DNA of 61,300 nt, the filler included. It is 7 parts of 7 records of this genome, joined end to end, with 100 filler letters (N's around TTAATTAATTAA, not from the genome) between each part and the next. Parts side by side here need not be neighbours in the genome. Positions count along the whole stretch, not along the records: positions 1 to 11,631 come from DRR378314_1612; 6 more parts are not named here. One strand, given 5' to 3'. Within the stretch, counting starts at the first letter, position 1. Every line of letters begins with the position of its first letter. Made by a program: the position numbers and the translations under genes. Of this stretch, positions 1-8,667 are shown in pieces. Below the pieces are notes generated by a model. It was not told the origin of the DNA, searched no databases, and worked only from the letters and a program-made list of their open reading frames with translations.

Positions 1-1055
1 TGGCCAAGGAAATCGCCGAGCAGCCCGTCGCGGTGGACACCGCCCTGAAGGCCTACCTGGATGAGAACGACGCGATCACCCTGCCCGACGGGCTGGACTT
101 CACGCAGATCGAACGCCTCTCGCTGGTCGCCTGTGGTACGGCATACTATGCCTGCATGGTTGCAAAATACTGGTTCGAAACCATCGCGCGCCTGCCGGTC
201 GAGGTGGATGTCGCATCAGAGTTCCGTTACCGCGAGCCGCCCGTCAGCCCGGGCACATTGGCGCTGTTTGTCAGCCAGTCTGGCGAGACAGCCGACACGC
301 TGGCAGCGCTGCGCTACATGCGCGACAAGGCCGATGTGATCGCCGGACTGGTGAATGTTCCCGAAAGCTCCATCGCGCGCGAGAGCGATGTGGTTCTGCC
401 GATCCACGCGGGCCCGGAAATCTCCGTGGCGTCCACCAAGGCGTTTACCTGCCAGCTTACCGTCTTGCTGCTGCTGGCGATCAAGGCCGCCAAGGCGAAG
501 GAGCTTCCGCTGCCCGAAGGCATGCCCGACGACCTGCACGCCCTGCCCGGCCTGATCCACCAGTCGCTGGCCTCCGAAGCGCAGATTGCTGCCGCATGCC
601 GCGATTTGGCCAATGCACGCGACATTATTTTTCTAGGCCGCGGCGCACTCTATCCGCTGGCGCTGGAAGGCGCACTGAAACTCAAGGAACTCAGCTACAT
701 TCATGCCGAAGGCTATGCCTCGGGCGAGCTGAAGCACGGCCCGATCGCGCTGATCGACGAAAGCGTGCCGGTCATCGTCATGGCTCCAAAGGATGCATTG
801 TTTGAAAAGACAATCTCCAACATGCAGGAGGTCATGGCCCGTGGTGGACGTGTCGTGCTGATCACCGATGCCGACGGCGCGCGCGAAGCGGCTGATGGCA
901 CCGCGGACGTGATCACGCTTCCCAAGGTTCCTGATACGCTTGCCCCGATCCTCTATGCGATTCCGGCACAGCAAATCGCCTATTTCACCGCCATTGCGAA
1001 GGGCACCGACGTGGACCAGCCGCGCAACCTCGCCAAATCCGTGACAGTCGAATGA
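1..1055 (+). CDS. glmS: Glutamine--fructose-6-phosphate aminotransferase, C-terminal part (5'-truncated by window edge)
   Basis: Frame is open from base 3 (AKEIAEQP). Contains SIS-domain motifs ACGTAYY, SQSGETADT, EGALKLKE, GELKHGP and the canonical end PRNLAKSVTVE. Confidence 0.97.
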   Translation, partial: AKEIAEQPVAVDTALKAYLDENDAITLPDGLDFTQIERLSLVACGTAYYACMVAKYWFETIARLPVEVDVASEFRYREPPVSPGTLALFVSQSGETADTLAALRYMRDKADVIAGLVNVPESSIARESDVVLPIHAGPEISVASTKAFTCQLTVLLLLAIKAAKAKELPLPEGMPDDLHALPGLIHQSLASEAQIAAACRDLANARDIIFLGRGALYPLALEGALKLKELSYIHAEGYASGELKHGPIALIDESVPVIVMAPKDALFEKTISNMQEVMARGGRVVLITDADGAREAADGTADVITLPKVPDTLAPILYAIPAQQIAYFTAIAKGTDVDQPRNLAKSVTVE

Positions 1056-1729
1056 CGCCGGAGGCCGCGCTTGCCGCGCTGCGGGCCGAAATCGAACCGG
1101 GGCGCGCCGCGCAGATGGTTGCCTACCACAAACAGAGCCGCGAGGTGCTGGGCGTCGGCAATGAGATCCTGAACACCCTGTCGCGACAATGGCGACAGGG
1201 GATGACCCTCGACGCGCGGGTCGACCTTGCCTCCGCCCTTTGGGCGAGCGATATTTTCGAGGCACGCATCACCGCGGCCAAGCTGCTGACACAGGCCCGC
1301 ATCGCCGCCGATGGGCCCGTCTGGGCGCTGCTGCAAAGCTGGGTGCCGGAGTTCGACAGTTGGGCGATCGCGGATCAGGCCGCGTCGGCGATCTCGAAAC
1401 GCCTGCAAGCCGACCCGGAGCGTCTGGACGTTGTCGAGGGCTGGACATCATCCGAACATATGTGGACGCGCCGCGCGGCGCTGGTCTGCACCTTGCCATG
1501 GGCCAAGCTTGCAAACCCGAAGCCTGCCGAGCTGGTGGCACGCGAACGTGTTCTGGCATGGGCGGCAGGATATGTACCGGACCGCAACTGGTTCATCCAG
1601 AAATCTATCGGCTGGTGGCTGAGGGACCTGTCAAAGCACGATGCAGCCCGCACGCGCGCCTTTCTCGACGCCCATGGCGACGACATGAAAGCCTTTGCCC
1701 GCAAGGAAGCGGCAAAATACCTGACATGA
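1052..1729 (+). CDS. DNA alkylation repair protein (AlkD-like HEAT-repeat family)
   Basis: Motifs FDSWAIAD, W..SEHMWTRRAA, WFIQKSIGWWLR..SK and REAAKYL-like end; ATGA overlap with the glmS stop. Confidence 0.85.
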   Translation: MTPEAALAALRAEIEPGRAAQMVAYHKQSREVLGVGNEILNTLSRQWRQGMTLDARVDLASALWASDIFEARITAAKLLTQARIAADGPVWALLQSWVPEFDSWAIADQAASAISKRLQADPERLDVVEGWTSSEHMWTRRAALVCTLPWAKLANPKPAELVARERVLAWAAGYVPDRNWFIQKSIGWWLRDLSKHDAARTRAFLDAHGDDMKAFARKEAAKYLT

Positions 1730-1757
1730 GGGTCTGATCTGAGGTATCGGACCCGCC

Positions 1758-2372
1758 TCAGGCCGGTCCGACGCGCACTTCCACCAGTTCGGTCAGTGGC
1801 AAGCCCAATGCACGCATGCCGTCGATGGACAATCTGCTGCCCTGCCCCGCGCTGCCCGAGATCGGCTCCAACGTTACCACAACCGACTTGCCGTTTGGAG
1901 CCGTCACCCGTGCATTGCGACGCGCAGAGACCAGCGGTGTTTCCATCCACAAACCGTCACGGCCGGGATCTCCCAAACCTGCGATGGTGGTCTTCTGGCC
2001 GACAAACGACTGCGCCGAAGCAACCACAGGCGCCGGTACGTTGCGTTGGGCCGATGCAGCCGGCGCGGCAGGCTGGCTGACCGCAGCCACCTGCGTTTGC
2101 GGCGCGACCTGCTGAGCAGGCGCAATACTCTGAGCGTCTTGACGCGCGGCGGGCGACGACCAGGATTTCCCGCTCGACGATGCCAGCTCCTCGGTCTCAA
2201 CCGCAGGCGGAGCATCTGGCGACACCGGGGTCATCGGCTCCCTCTGCACACCGGAGCCAAGCCCCTGCAAAACCTGGGAATTCAGGTGCACGCCCCCTAG
2301 GGCGTTACACGCGGACACACCGCCGGCGGCCAGAGCGGCCAGGGTAAGATATTTGAGCGCACGTCGAGTCAT
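1758..2372 (-). CDS. Conserved hypothetical lipoprotein with Ala/Pro/Gln-rich linker and RlpA/double-psi-barrel-like C-terminal domain
   Basis: Signal peptide with lipobox-like GVSAC, low-complexity linker, C-terminal GLWMETPL...ARVTAPNGKSVVVTL...RLSIDGMRALGL...VEVRV. Confidence 0.7.
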   Translation of the reverse strand: MTRRALKYLTLAALAAGGVSACNALGGVHLNSQVLQGLGSGVQREPMTPVSPDAPPAVETEELASSSGKSWSSPAARQDAQSIAPAQQVAPQTQVAAVSQPAAPAASAQRNVPAPVVASAQSFVGQKTTIAGLGDPGRDGLWMETPLVSARRNARVTAPNGKSVVVTLEPISGSAGQGSRLSIDGMRALGLPLTELVEVRVGPA

Positions 2373-2476
2373 GGCGCGACCCTAACCGCCCCGTGACGAG
2401 GATGCCAGACAGAATGGCACCATTCGAGAGCAGGGCGCTATTGTCCTGAGCGTTTTCCCGCCTTACCTATGTTCGT

Positions 2477-3484
2477 ATGACAGCACCACTTATTGATCCC
2501 TTCGCACGCGCGATCACCTACCTTCGGGTCTCGGTCACCGACCGCTGCGATTTCCGCTGCGTCTACTGCATGTCCGAGAACATGACCTTTCTGCCCAAGA
2601 AAGAGCTTCTGACGCTGGAAGAGCTGGACCGCATGTGTTCCACCTTCGTGTCGCTCGGCGTCGAAAAGCTGCGCATCACCGGCGGCGAGCCACTGGTGCG
2701 CCGCGACATCATGACCTTCTTCCGCTCGATGACCCGGCATCTCGACAGCGGCGCGCTGAAGGAGCTGACGCTGACCACCAACGGCTCGCAGCTGGAGAAA
2801 CACGCCCAGGCGCTGTTTGACGCCGGGGTGCGGCGGGTCAATGTCTCGCTGGACACGCTGGATGAGACGAAATTTGCCGAAGTGACCCGCTGGGGCCGCC
2901 TGCCGCAGGTGCTGCGCGGCATCGACGCGGCGCAGGCTGCGGGCCTCCGGGTCAAGATCAACGCCGTCGCCCTCAAAGGGTTCAACGAGGACGAGCTGTT
3001 CAGCATGACCGAGTGGTGCGCCAAGCGCGGCATCGACCTCACCTGGATCGAGGTGATGCCGATGGGCGATATCGGCAATGAGAACCGCATTGGCCAGTAC
3101 TGGTCGCTGAAGGATGTGCGCAAGGCCTACGAGGGTGGCTATCAGGTCACCGATCTGGCCGAACGCACCGGTGGCCCGGCCCGCTATGTGCGGCTGGAGG
3201 AAACCGGCCAGCAGATCGGCTTCATCACCCCGCTCAGCCATAATTTCTGCGAAAGCTGCAACCGGGTAAGGCTGACCTGTACCGGCGAATTGTACATGTG
3301 CCTCGGTCAGGAGGACATGGCCGACCTGCGCGGCCCACTACGCGACCACCCCGACACAGAAGCCCCGCTGGAAGAGGCCATCCGCGCCGCCATCAACCTC
3401 AAGCCCAAGGGCCATGACTTCGACTATTCCCGCCAAACCGTGGATGGTCAGATGACCCGCCACATGAGCCATACCGGCGGGTAA
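2477..3484 (+). CDS. moaA: GTP 3',8-cyclase MoaA (radical SAM)
   Basis: [18 protein letters not shown] (CxxxCxxC), [20 protein letters not shown]-terminal MSHTGG. Confidence 0.97.
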   Translation: MTAPLIDPFARAITYLRVSVTDRCDFRCVYCMSENMTFLPKKELLTLEELDRMCSTFVSLGVEKLRITGGEPLVRRDIMTFFRSMTRHLDSGALKELTLTTNGSQLEKHAQALFDAGVRRVNVSLDTLDETKFAEVTRWGRLPQVLRGIDAAQAAGLRVKINAVALKGFNEDELFSMTEWCAKRGIDLTWIEVMPMGDIGNENRIGQYWSLKDVRKAYEGGYQVTDLAERTGGPARYVRLEETGQQIGFITPLSHNFCESCNRVRLTCTGELYMCLGQEDMADLRGPLRDHPDTEAPLEEAIRAAINLKPKGHDFDYSRQTVDGQMTRHMSHTGG

Positions 3485-3495
3485 GGCACAATCTG

Positions 3496-4821
3496 ATGTC
3501 CGACACATCGCAGGTGCGGCCCACTCTGCTTTATCACCTCTACCGCGGCGCCAGCACCCTTCTGGCCCCGTTCGTCTGGTCGAAGGTGGCCGGAAAGCTG
3601 CGTCAGCATGGTGTGGCAGAGGCGCGCGTGCGCGAACGGCTCGGCCATGCGACGCTGGCGCGCCCCACTGGCCGACTGGTGTGGTTTCACGCCGCCTCGG
3701 TCGGAGAGAGCCTGTCGGTGCTGACCCTGATCCACCGCCTGGGCAAGGCCGCGCCGGATCTGGAGTTCCTGATCACCTCCGGCACGCCGACCTCCGCCGA
3801 TCTGATCGCCAAACGATTGCCACCGCGCACCCGCCACCAGTTTCCGCCGCTGGATACCGGCGCGGCTGTTTCGCGGTTTCTGGATCATTGGCGGCCTGAC
3901 CTCGGCATTTTTGTCGAAAGCGAGCTGTGGCCGCAGATGCTGGTGCAAGCCCGCGCCGCTGATGTGCCACTGGTGTTGCTCAATGCGCGCCTGTCGCCGA
4001 AGTCTGTCGAAAATTGGACCAAACGCCACGCCACAGCGCAGTTCTTGCTCGATCAGTTCACCCTGATGCTAACGCAGAATGCGAAGACCGCTGTCAACTT
4101 GCGGGCCATGGGCGCTGATCCCGCCCGCCTGAAAGAAGGCAGCAATCTCAAGGCGCTCTCCGACCCGTTGCCAGTGGATCAGGATACCTTGGCGCAGGTG
4201 AAAGAGGCCATAGGCGCACGGCCCGCCTGGATTGCGTCCTCCACCCACGAAGGCGAAGAAGAAACCGTGCTGGCGGCGCATAAGGCATTGCTCGCGCAGC
4301 ATCCCGACCTGCTGCTGTTGCTGGCCCCGCGCCACCCGAACCGCGGCGATCAGCTGGAGGCAATGATTGCCGAGGCTGGCCTGACCTCAATCCGCCGCAG
4401 CCGCGATGCCCTGCCCCGCACCTCCACGCAGGTCTATCTGGCCGACACATTGGGCGAGGTGGGCATCTGGTACACGCTATGCCCGCTGGTCTTTCTGGGC
4501 GGCTCGCTGCGCGAGATCGGCGGTCACAACCCGTTTGAGGTGATGCAGGCGGGCGGCGCGGTCCTCACCGGGCCCGGTGCGTATAACTTTGCCGAATCCT
4601 TTGCCGAGCTGATCGGGATCGGCGCCGCAAAAGAAGTCACCAGCGCCGAAACGCTGGCGACGGCGGTGCGGACTTGGCTCGACGAACCGCATGCCCTAGA
4701 CACGGCGCGCGACCGGGCGCGCGGGTTCCTTGCGCGCCAATCGGACCAAATGGATCAAACCGTGACGGCGCTTGTAGAGCTGCTGCCGCCTCGAACAGGA
4801 GAACCTGATGACGCAGGTTGA
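3496..4821 (+). CDS. waaA: 3-deoxy-D-manno-octulosonic acid (Kdo) transferase
   Basis: WFHAASVGE, ESELWP, NARLS, ASSTHEGEE, APRHPNR, DTLGE, GGHNPFE motifs. Confidence 0.95.
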   Translation: MSDTSQVRPTLLYHLYRGASTLLAPFVWSKVAGKLRQHGVAEARVRERLGHATLARPTGRLVWFHAASVGESLSVLTLIHRLGKAAPDLEFLITSGTPTSADLIAKRLPPRTRHQFPPLDTGAAVSRFLDHWRPDLGIFVESELWPQMLVQARAADVPLVLLNARLSPKSVENWTKRHATAQFLLDQFTLMLTQNAKTAVNLRAMGADPARLKEGSNLKALSDPLPVDQDTLAQVKEAIGARPAWIASSTHEGEEETVLAAHKALLAQHPDLLLLLAPRHPNRGDQLEAMIAEAGLTSIRRSRDALPRTSTQVYLADTLGEVGIWYTLCPLVFLGGSLREIGGHNPFEVMQAGGAVLTGPGAYNFAESFAELIGIGAAKEVTSAETLATAVRTWLDEPHALDTARDRARGFLARQSDQMDQTVTALVELLPPRTGEPDDAG

Positions 4822-5866
4822 TGCAAAGTCGGTCGAGGTCATTGCACCCAATTTCAAGCGCCGCCTGTCGGGTGTGACATCCACCATCGTGCGGCTTGTT
4901 CCCCTTCAGGCGCAAGAGATCGCAATCGCCACCTCAGGCAGCGGCCTGCCCGCGGAGCTGCCGCATCTGTCGGCAACCCAGCTTCTGACCATGCCGCCCA
5001 AGGGGCCGCACGGCGCGCGCGTCTGGCATGCCCGGCGCAACGTCGAGATGCTGGGCGGGCTGCTCCTCAAGAAGCTGCTGGGCAAAAAGCTAAAGCTGCT
5101 CTTTACCTCCGCGTCGCAGCGCAAGCACAGTGGCTATACCAAGTGGCTGATTTCCAAGATGGATCAGGTCATTGCCACCTCTGCCAAGGGCGCCGCCTAT
5201 CTGGAGGTCCCGGCACAGGTCGTCCATCACGGCATCAACATGCGCGACTTTGCCCCCGCCGCTGACAAGGCCGCACTGCGGCGCAGCCTCGGCCTGCCGG
5301 AAGACGCCGTTTTGATCGGCTGTTACGGCCGCATTCGGGCGCAGAAGGGCACGGATGTCTTTGTCGATGCGATGCTCGAAATCCTGAAGAGCCATCCCAA
5401 AGCTGTCGGTGTGGTCATGGGACGCGCCACCGAGAAACACGCAGATTTTGAGCGCGAGTTGCGCGCGCGCGTGGCTGCTGCCGGGATGCAGGACCGGCTT
5501 TTGTTCCCGCCGGAAGTGCCCGTCTGGGAGGTTGCACAATGGTATCAGGCACTTGATCTCTATGTCGCTCCGCAACGCTGGGAAGGGTTCGGGCTCACAC
5601 CACTGGAGGCTATGTCCTGCGCTGTGCCCGTGGTCGCAACCCGGGTCGGCGCCTTTGAAGAGCTGATAGCACAGGACGAGACCGGCAAGCTGATTGAAGC
5701 CGGGGATATCGCGCAGATGGTAGAGGCCATCGACGCGGTTCTGACAACGGATGGACGTCTGGAGCAATGGTCGGTCGCATCACGTCAGCGCGTCGCCGCG
5801 CATTTCACGCTGGAACGCGAAGCCGAGACGCTCATCTCCATCTATCGCACGTTGCTAAAACAATAA
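4808..5866 (+). CDS. GT4 glycosyltransferase, LPS core (LpcC/LpsB-like)
   Basis: APNFKRRLSGVTSTI, WHARRNVEM, GRIRAQKG, EGFGLTPLEAM; overlaps the waaA end. Confidence 0.88.
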   Translation: MTQVDAKSVEVIAPNFKRRLSGVTSTIVRLVPLQAQEIAIATSGSGLPAELPHLSATQLLTMPPKGPHGARVWHARRNVEMLGGLLLKKLLGKKLKLLFTSASQRKHSGYTKWLISKMDQVIATSAKGAAYLEVPAQVVHHGINMRDFAPAADKAALRRSLGLPEDAVLIGCYGRIRAQKGTDVFVDAMLEILKSHPKAVGVVMGRATEKHADFERELRARVAAAGMQDRLLFPPEVPVWEVAQWYQALDLYVAPQRWEGFGLTPLEAMSCAVPVVATRVGAFEELIAQDETGKLIEAGDIAQMVEAIDAVLTTDGRLEQWSVASRQRVAAHFTLEREAETLISIYRTLLKQ

Positions 5867-6139
5867 ATTCCCACGCCTGCGATCTGATCCAGTCGCCGAT
5901 TACTGCATCCCCGCCACTAGGCGAGCCAGACCAACATCAGTCTCGCCCCCGCCCCCCATTCTTGCAGCAATTTCCACGCGATCTATGACGCGCTGCAGAT
6001 GGCATGTCTTAGGAAACACTGCGACACGACACGGCCTTGTTTTCAGCAATCAAACACAGCATGCAATACGCTCACAACGCCGACATCCTCTTGGCGATCA
6101 GCCAAAACTTGCCTAAAATGCGAACAAATGACGCATCCT

Positions 6140-6168
6140 GGAACTATTTCCCCGATAATTTCGCGTGA
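6140..6168 (+). promoter_or_regulatory. Possible ECF sigma promoter (GGAACT -35) upstream of first 4-Cys paralog
   Basis: GGAACT at 6140-6145, the same hexamer as upstream of the second paralog; the -10 element is degenerate. Confidence 0.35.
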
Positions 6169-6183
6169 AACGAGTGATGATTA

Positions 6184-6262
6184 CTAACGCACTGAGACCC
6201 TTCGGCGTGCCGAAGCGTCTCTTCAGTATTGGAGAATGTAAATTCTCTATCTCGTTAGGAGG
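6184..6262 (+). ncRNA. Candidate structured 5' leader RNA (three-stem junction overlapping the RBS)
   Basis: CTAACG 6184-6189 pairs with CGTTAG 6253-6258, which overlaps AGGAGG. It encloses hairpin 6191-6227 (core CTTCGG/CCGAAG) and hairpin 6230-6249 (GGAGAAT-GTAA-ATTCTCT, GNRA loop). Confidence 0.5.
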
Positions 6263-6267
6263 TTAAT

Positions 6268-6651
6268 ATGCATAAGACATTTACTCTCGCTGCAGCGATC
6301 CTCACGGCTTCGGTTGGTGTTTCGGCTCCCGCCTTTGCGGGGAACCCGATGAAAATGTCCTCGGACACGCCCCGCATTTTGCGGATTTCGCAAGGGATTT
6401 GCGACTCGTCCAAGCAACAGATGGTCTCTTGGGCGCGGAAGATCGACGGGTTCGGTTCCTTCGCGGTGCCAAAGTATCCGGCAGGGCAGACTGTAAACTG
6501 TAGCGGTTCCGGCGCGACCCTGCCTATCGGTCAATCCTGGGGGTTTGGAGATCAGCAATCGGCAGACACAGCTGCGATGTCCGCATGTACCGCCAATCTC
6601 CCGAGTGGCTTCGACAAATGTGTGGTGATCGGTCAGAGCTTTGATCAATAA
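6268..6651 (+). CDS. Small secreted 4-Cys protein, DUF4189-like (paralog 1)
   Basis: AGGAGG RBS, Sec signal ending APAFA, motif GQSWGFGDQQSADTAAMSAC..C; collinear with the downstream paralog. Confidence 0.85.
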   Translation: MHKTFTLAAAILTASVGVSAPAFAGNPMKMSSDTPRILRISQGICDSSKQQMVSWARKIDGFGSFAVPKYPAGQTVNCSGSGATLPIGQSWGFGDQQSADTAAMSACTANLPSGFDKCVVIGQSFDQ

Positions 6652-6675
6652 CTCACGCCTGTGATACACACCAAT

Positions 6676-6707
6676 CAAGGGGGCTTCGCGGCCCCCTTGC
6701 TGGTTTT
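6676..6707 (+). terminator. Rho-independent terminator
   Basis: CAAGGGGGC-ttcgcg-GCCCCCTTG followed by ctggTTTT. Confidence 0.7.
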
Positions 6708-6821
6708 CCGGCATTGTCAGAATCACAAAGCCAATATCAACACATATGCCATAATCACTTGTTTTATATCACCTTTATAGCATTTCCCTAGAGAAACAGC
6801 GCACGACATATAAAATTTTTC

Positions 6822-6846
6822 GGAACTTTCGCCCCCGTCAGAGGTT
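6822..6846 (+). promoter_or_regulatory. ECF sigma (EcfG/RpoE-type) promoter GGAAC-N17-GTT
   Basis: GGAAC 6822-6826, 17-nt spacer, GTT 6844-6846; matches the alphaproteobacterial general-stress sigma consensus. Confidence 0.55.
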
Positions 6847-6923
6847 TTAAACCCAGACGGCGCGTGACGCCGCCGACACAGACGTAACAGCTGTCATGCC
6901 CGTCATGATGCAGGAGGTATAAG

Positions 6924-7307
6924 ATGTTCAATAAAGTTTCTCTCGCAGTTATCACCCTCGGCTCTGCCATTGCACTGTCCGCCCCGGCCTTTGCCCAATC
7001 CGCGAACCCGATGGTCGACAAGAACCTGCGCATGCTGCGCGTGGACGCGAGCGTCTGCACCAGTGCGAAGGAAGCCATGGTGGACTGGGCTGCCAAGATT
7101 GACGGCCACGGCTCCTATGCGGTGCCGATCTATCCTGCCAGCGTGACGATCGACTGTGCCGAGCCAGCAGCCGTGCTGCCGACCGGTCAATCCTGGGGCT
7201 TCAGCGACCAGAAAGCTGCCGATGTTGCAGCCTTGAGCCAATGCGAGGCAAGCCTGCCCGACGGCTTTGACCGCTGCGCCATTATCGGCCAGAGCTTTAC
7301 CAAGTAA
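6924..7307 (+). CDS. Small secreted 4-Cys protein, DUF4189-like (paralog 2)
   Basis: AGGAGG RBS, signal peptide ending APAFA, the same four Cys and GQSWGF motif as paralog 1. Confidence 0.85.
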   Translation: MFNKVSLAVITLGSAIALSAPAFAQSANPMVDKNLRMLRVDASVCTSAKEAMVDWAAKIDGHGSYAVPIYPASVTIDCAEPAAVLPTGQSWGFSDQKAADVAALSQCEASLPDGFDRCAIIGQSFTK

Positions 7308-7366
7308 CCTGCCTGATCATGGAGCAGGCGTGTGTTGCCTGCGCAAGGCAGGAGTGTTTCCCATGT

Positions 7367-7400
7367 GAAAGGGGGCCAGATTGGCCCCCTTTCTTGTGTT
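7367..7400. terminator. Likely bidirectional terminator between convergent genes
   Basis: GAAAGGGGGCCA-gat-TGGCCCCCTTTC perfect 12-bp stem. Confidence 0.75.
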
Positions 7401-7417
7401 TGATCCAATATGCGTGA

Positions 7418-8581
7418 TCAAGCAGCGGGCATGCGCTGCTCGACGATTTCAGCCCACCAGCTGCAGCCAGCCGGGATCGCCTCGTCGGTGAAGTTGTATT
7501 TCGGGTGGTGCACAGCCGCGGTGTCGCCATTGCCCACAAGGATATAGGCACCGGGGCGCTCTTCGAGCATGAAGGCAAAATCCTCGCCGCCCATGACCAG
7601 CGGGGCCTCGTCGCACTGACCGGAGATGTCACGCGCCACTTTGGCGGCAAACTCAGTCTGCTCCTCGTGGTTCACCATCACCGGATAGCCACGATAATAG
7701 GTTACATCCGTCTCACCGCCAAAGGTGGCCGCGATGCCAGAGCAGATCTCCTTGATCCGCTTTTCGGCAAGGTCTCGCATCTCGGTCGCCATGGTGCGCA
7801 CGGTGCCTTTGATCTGCACGCGCTCCGGGATCACGTTGAAGGCCTTGGAGGAGGTCTCAAACGCGGTCACGGAGACCACGATCTGATGCACGGGGTCGGC
7901 ATTCCGCGCCGCGATGGTTTGCAGCGCCAGCACCGCCTGCGCCGCCATCACGGTGGAATCGATGGTCTCATGCGGTTTCGCGGCATGGCCGCCCTTACCG
8001 GTGAAGGTAATGTCGAACTGGTCGGTCGCGGCAAAGAAGGCCCCCGGACGAATGGCAAAGCTGCCCACCGGACGGCCCGGCCAGTTGTGCATGCCGTAGA
8101 CCTCCTGGATGCCCCAGCGGTCCATCATGCCATCGTCGCACATTTCCTTGCCGCCGCCGCCGCCTTCTTCTGCGGGCTGGAAGATCACCACAACGGTGCC
8201 GTCGAAATTGCGGGTCTCCGACAGATATTTCGCCGCGCCCAGGAGCATCGCTGTGTGACCATCATGGCCGCAGGCGTGCATGGCGTTTGCGGTCTTGGAG
8301 GCATAGTCCAGACCGGTTTCCTCGTGGATGGGCAGCGCGTCCATGTCGGCACGCAGACCGATGACCTTGCCCGCCGTGTCGGATTTGCCCTTGATGACGC
8401 CCACCACGCCCGTGCGGCCAATGCCCGTGACCACCTCGTCGCAGCCGAATTCCTTGAGCTTTTCCTCCACCAGCGCGCTGGTGCGATGTGTTTCAAACAG
8501 GATCTCGGGGTTTTCGTGCAGATCACGGCGCCACGTGGTGATCTCTGCCTGCAGTTCGGCAAAACGGTTCTTAACGGGCAT
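7418..8581 (-). CDS. M20D amidohydrolase (hippurate hydrolase-like), copy 1
   Basis: Start MPVKNRF with AAGGAG RBS; LRADMDALP, MHACGHDGH, FQPAEEG, GGHAA, GEDF. Confidence 0.93.
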   Translation of the reverse strand: MPVKNRFAELQAEITTWRRDLHENPEILFETHRTSALVEEKLKEFGCDEVVTGIGRTGVVGVIKGKSDTAGKVIGLRADMDALPIHEETGLDYASKTANAMHACGHDGHTAMLLGAAKYLSETRNFDGTVVVIFQPAEEGGGGGKEMCDDGMMDRWGIQEVYGMHNWPGRPVGSFAIRPGAFFAATDQFDITFTGKGGHAAKPHETIDSTVMAAQAVLALQTIAARNADPVHQIVVSVTAFETSSKAFNVIPERVQIKGTVRTMATEMRDLAEKRIKEICSGIAATFGGETDVTYYRGYPVMVNHEEQTEFAAKVARDISGQCDEAPLVMGGEDFAFMLEERPGAYILVGNGDTAAVHHPKYNFTDEAIPAGCSWWAEIVEQRMPAA

Positions 8582-8667
8582 GGGTCTTTCTCCTTGTCTA
8601 TCGAAATATGGCAATCCGCGCACGGGAGGCAGGTCGCCGGGGGCCTGAACGTCAGACCCCGAAATAA

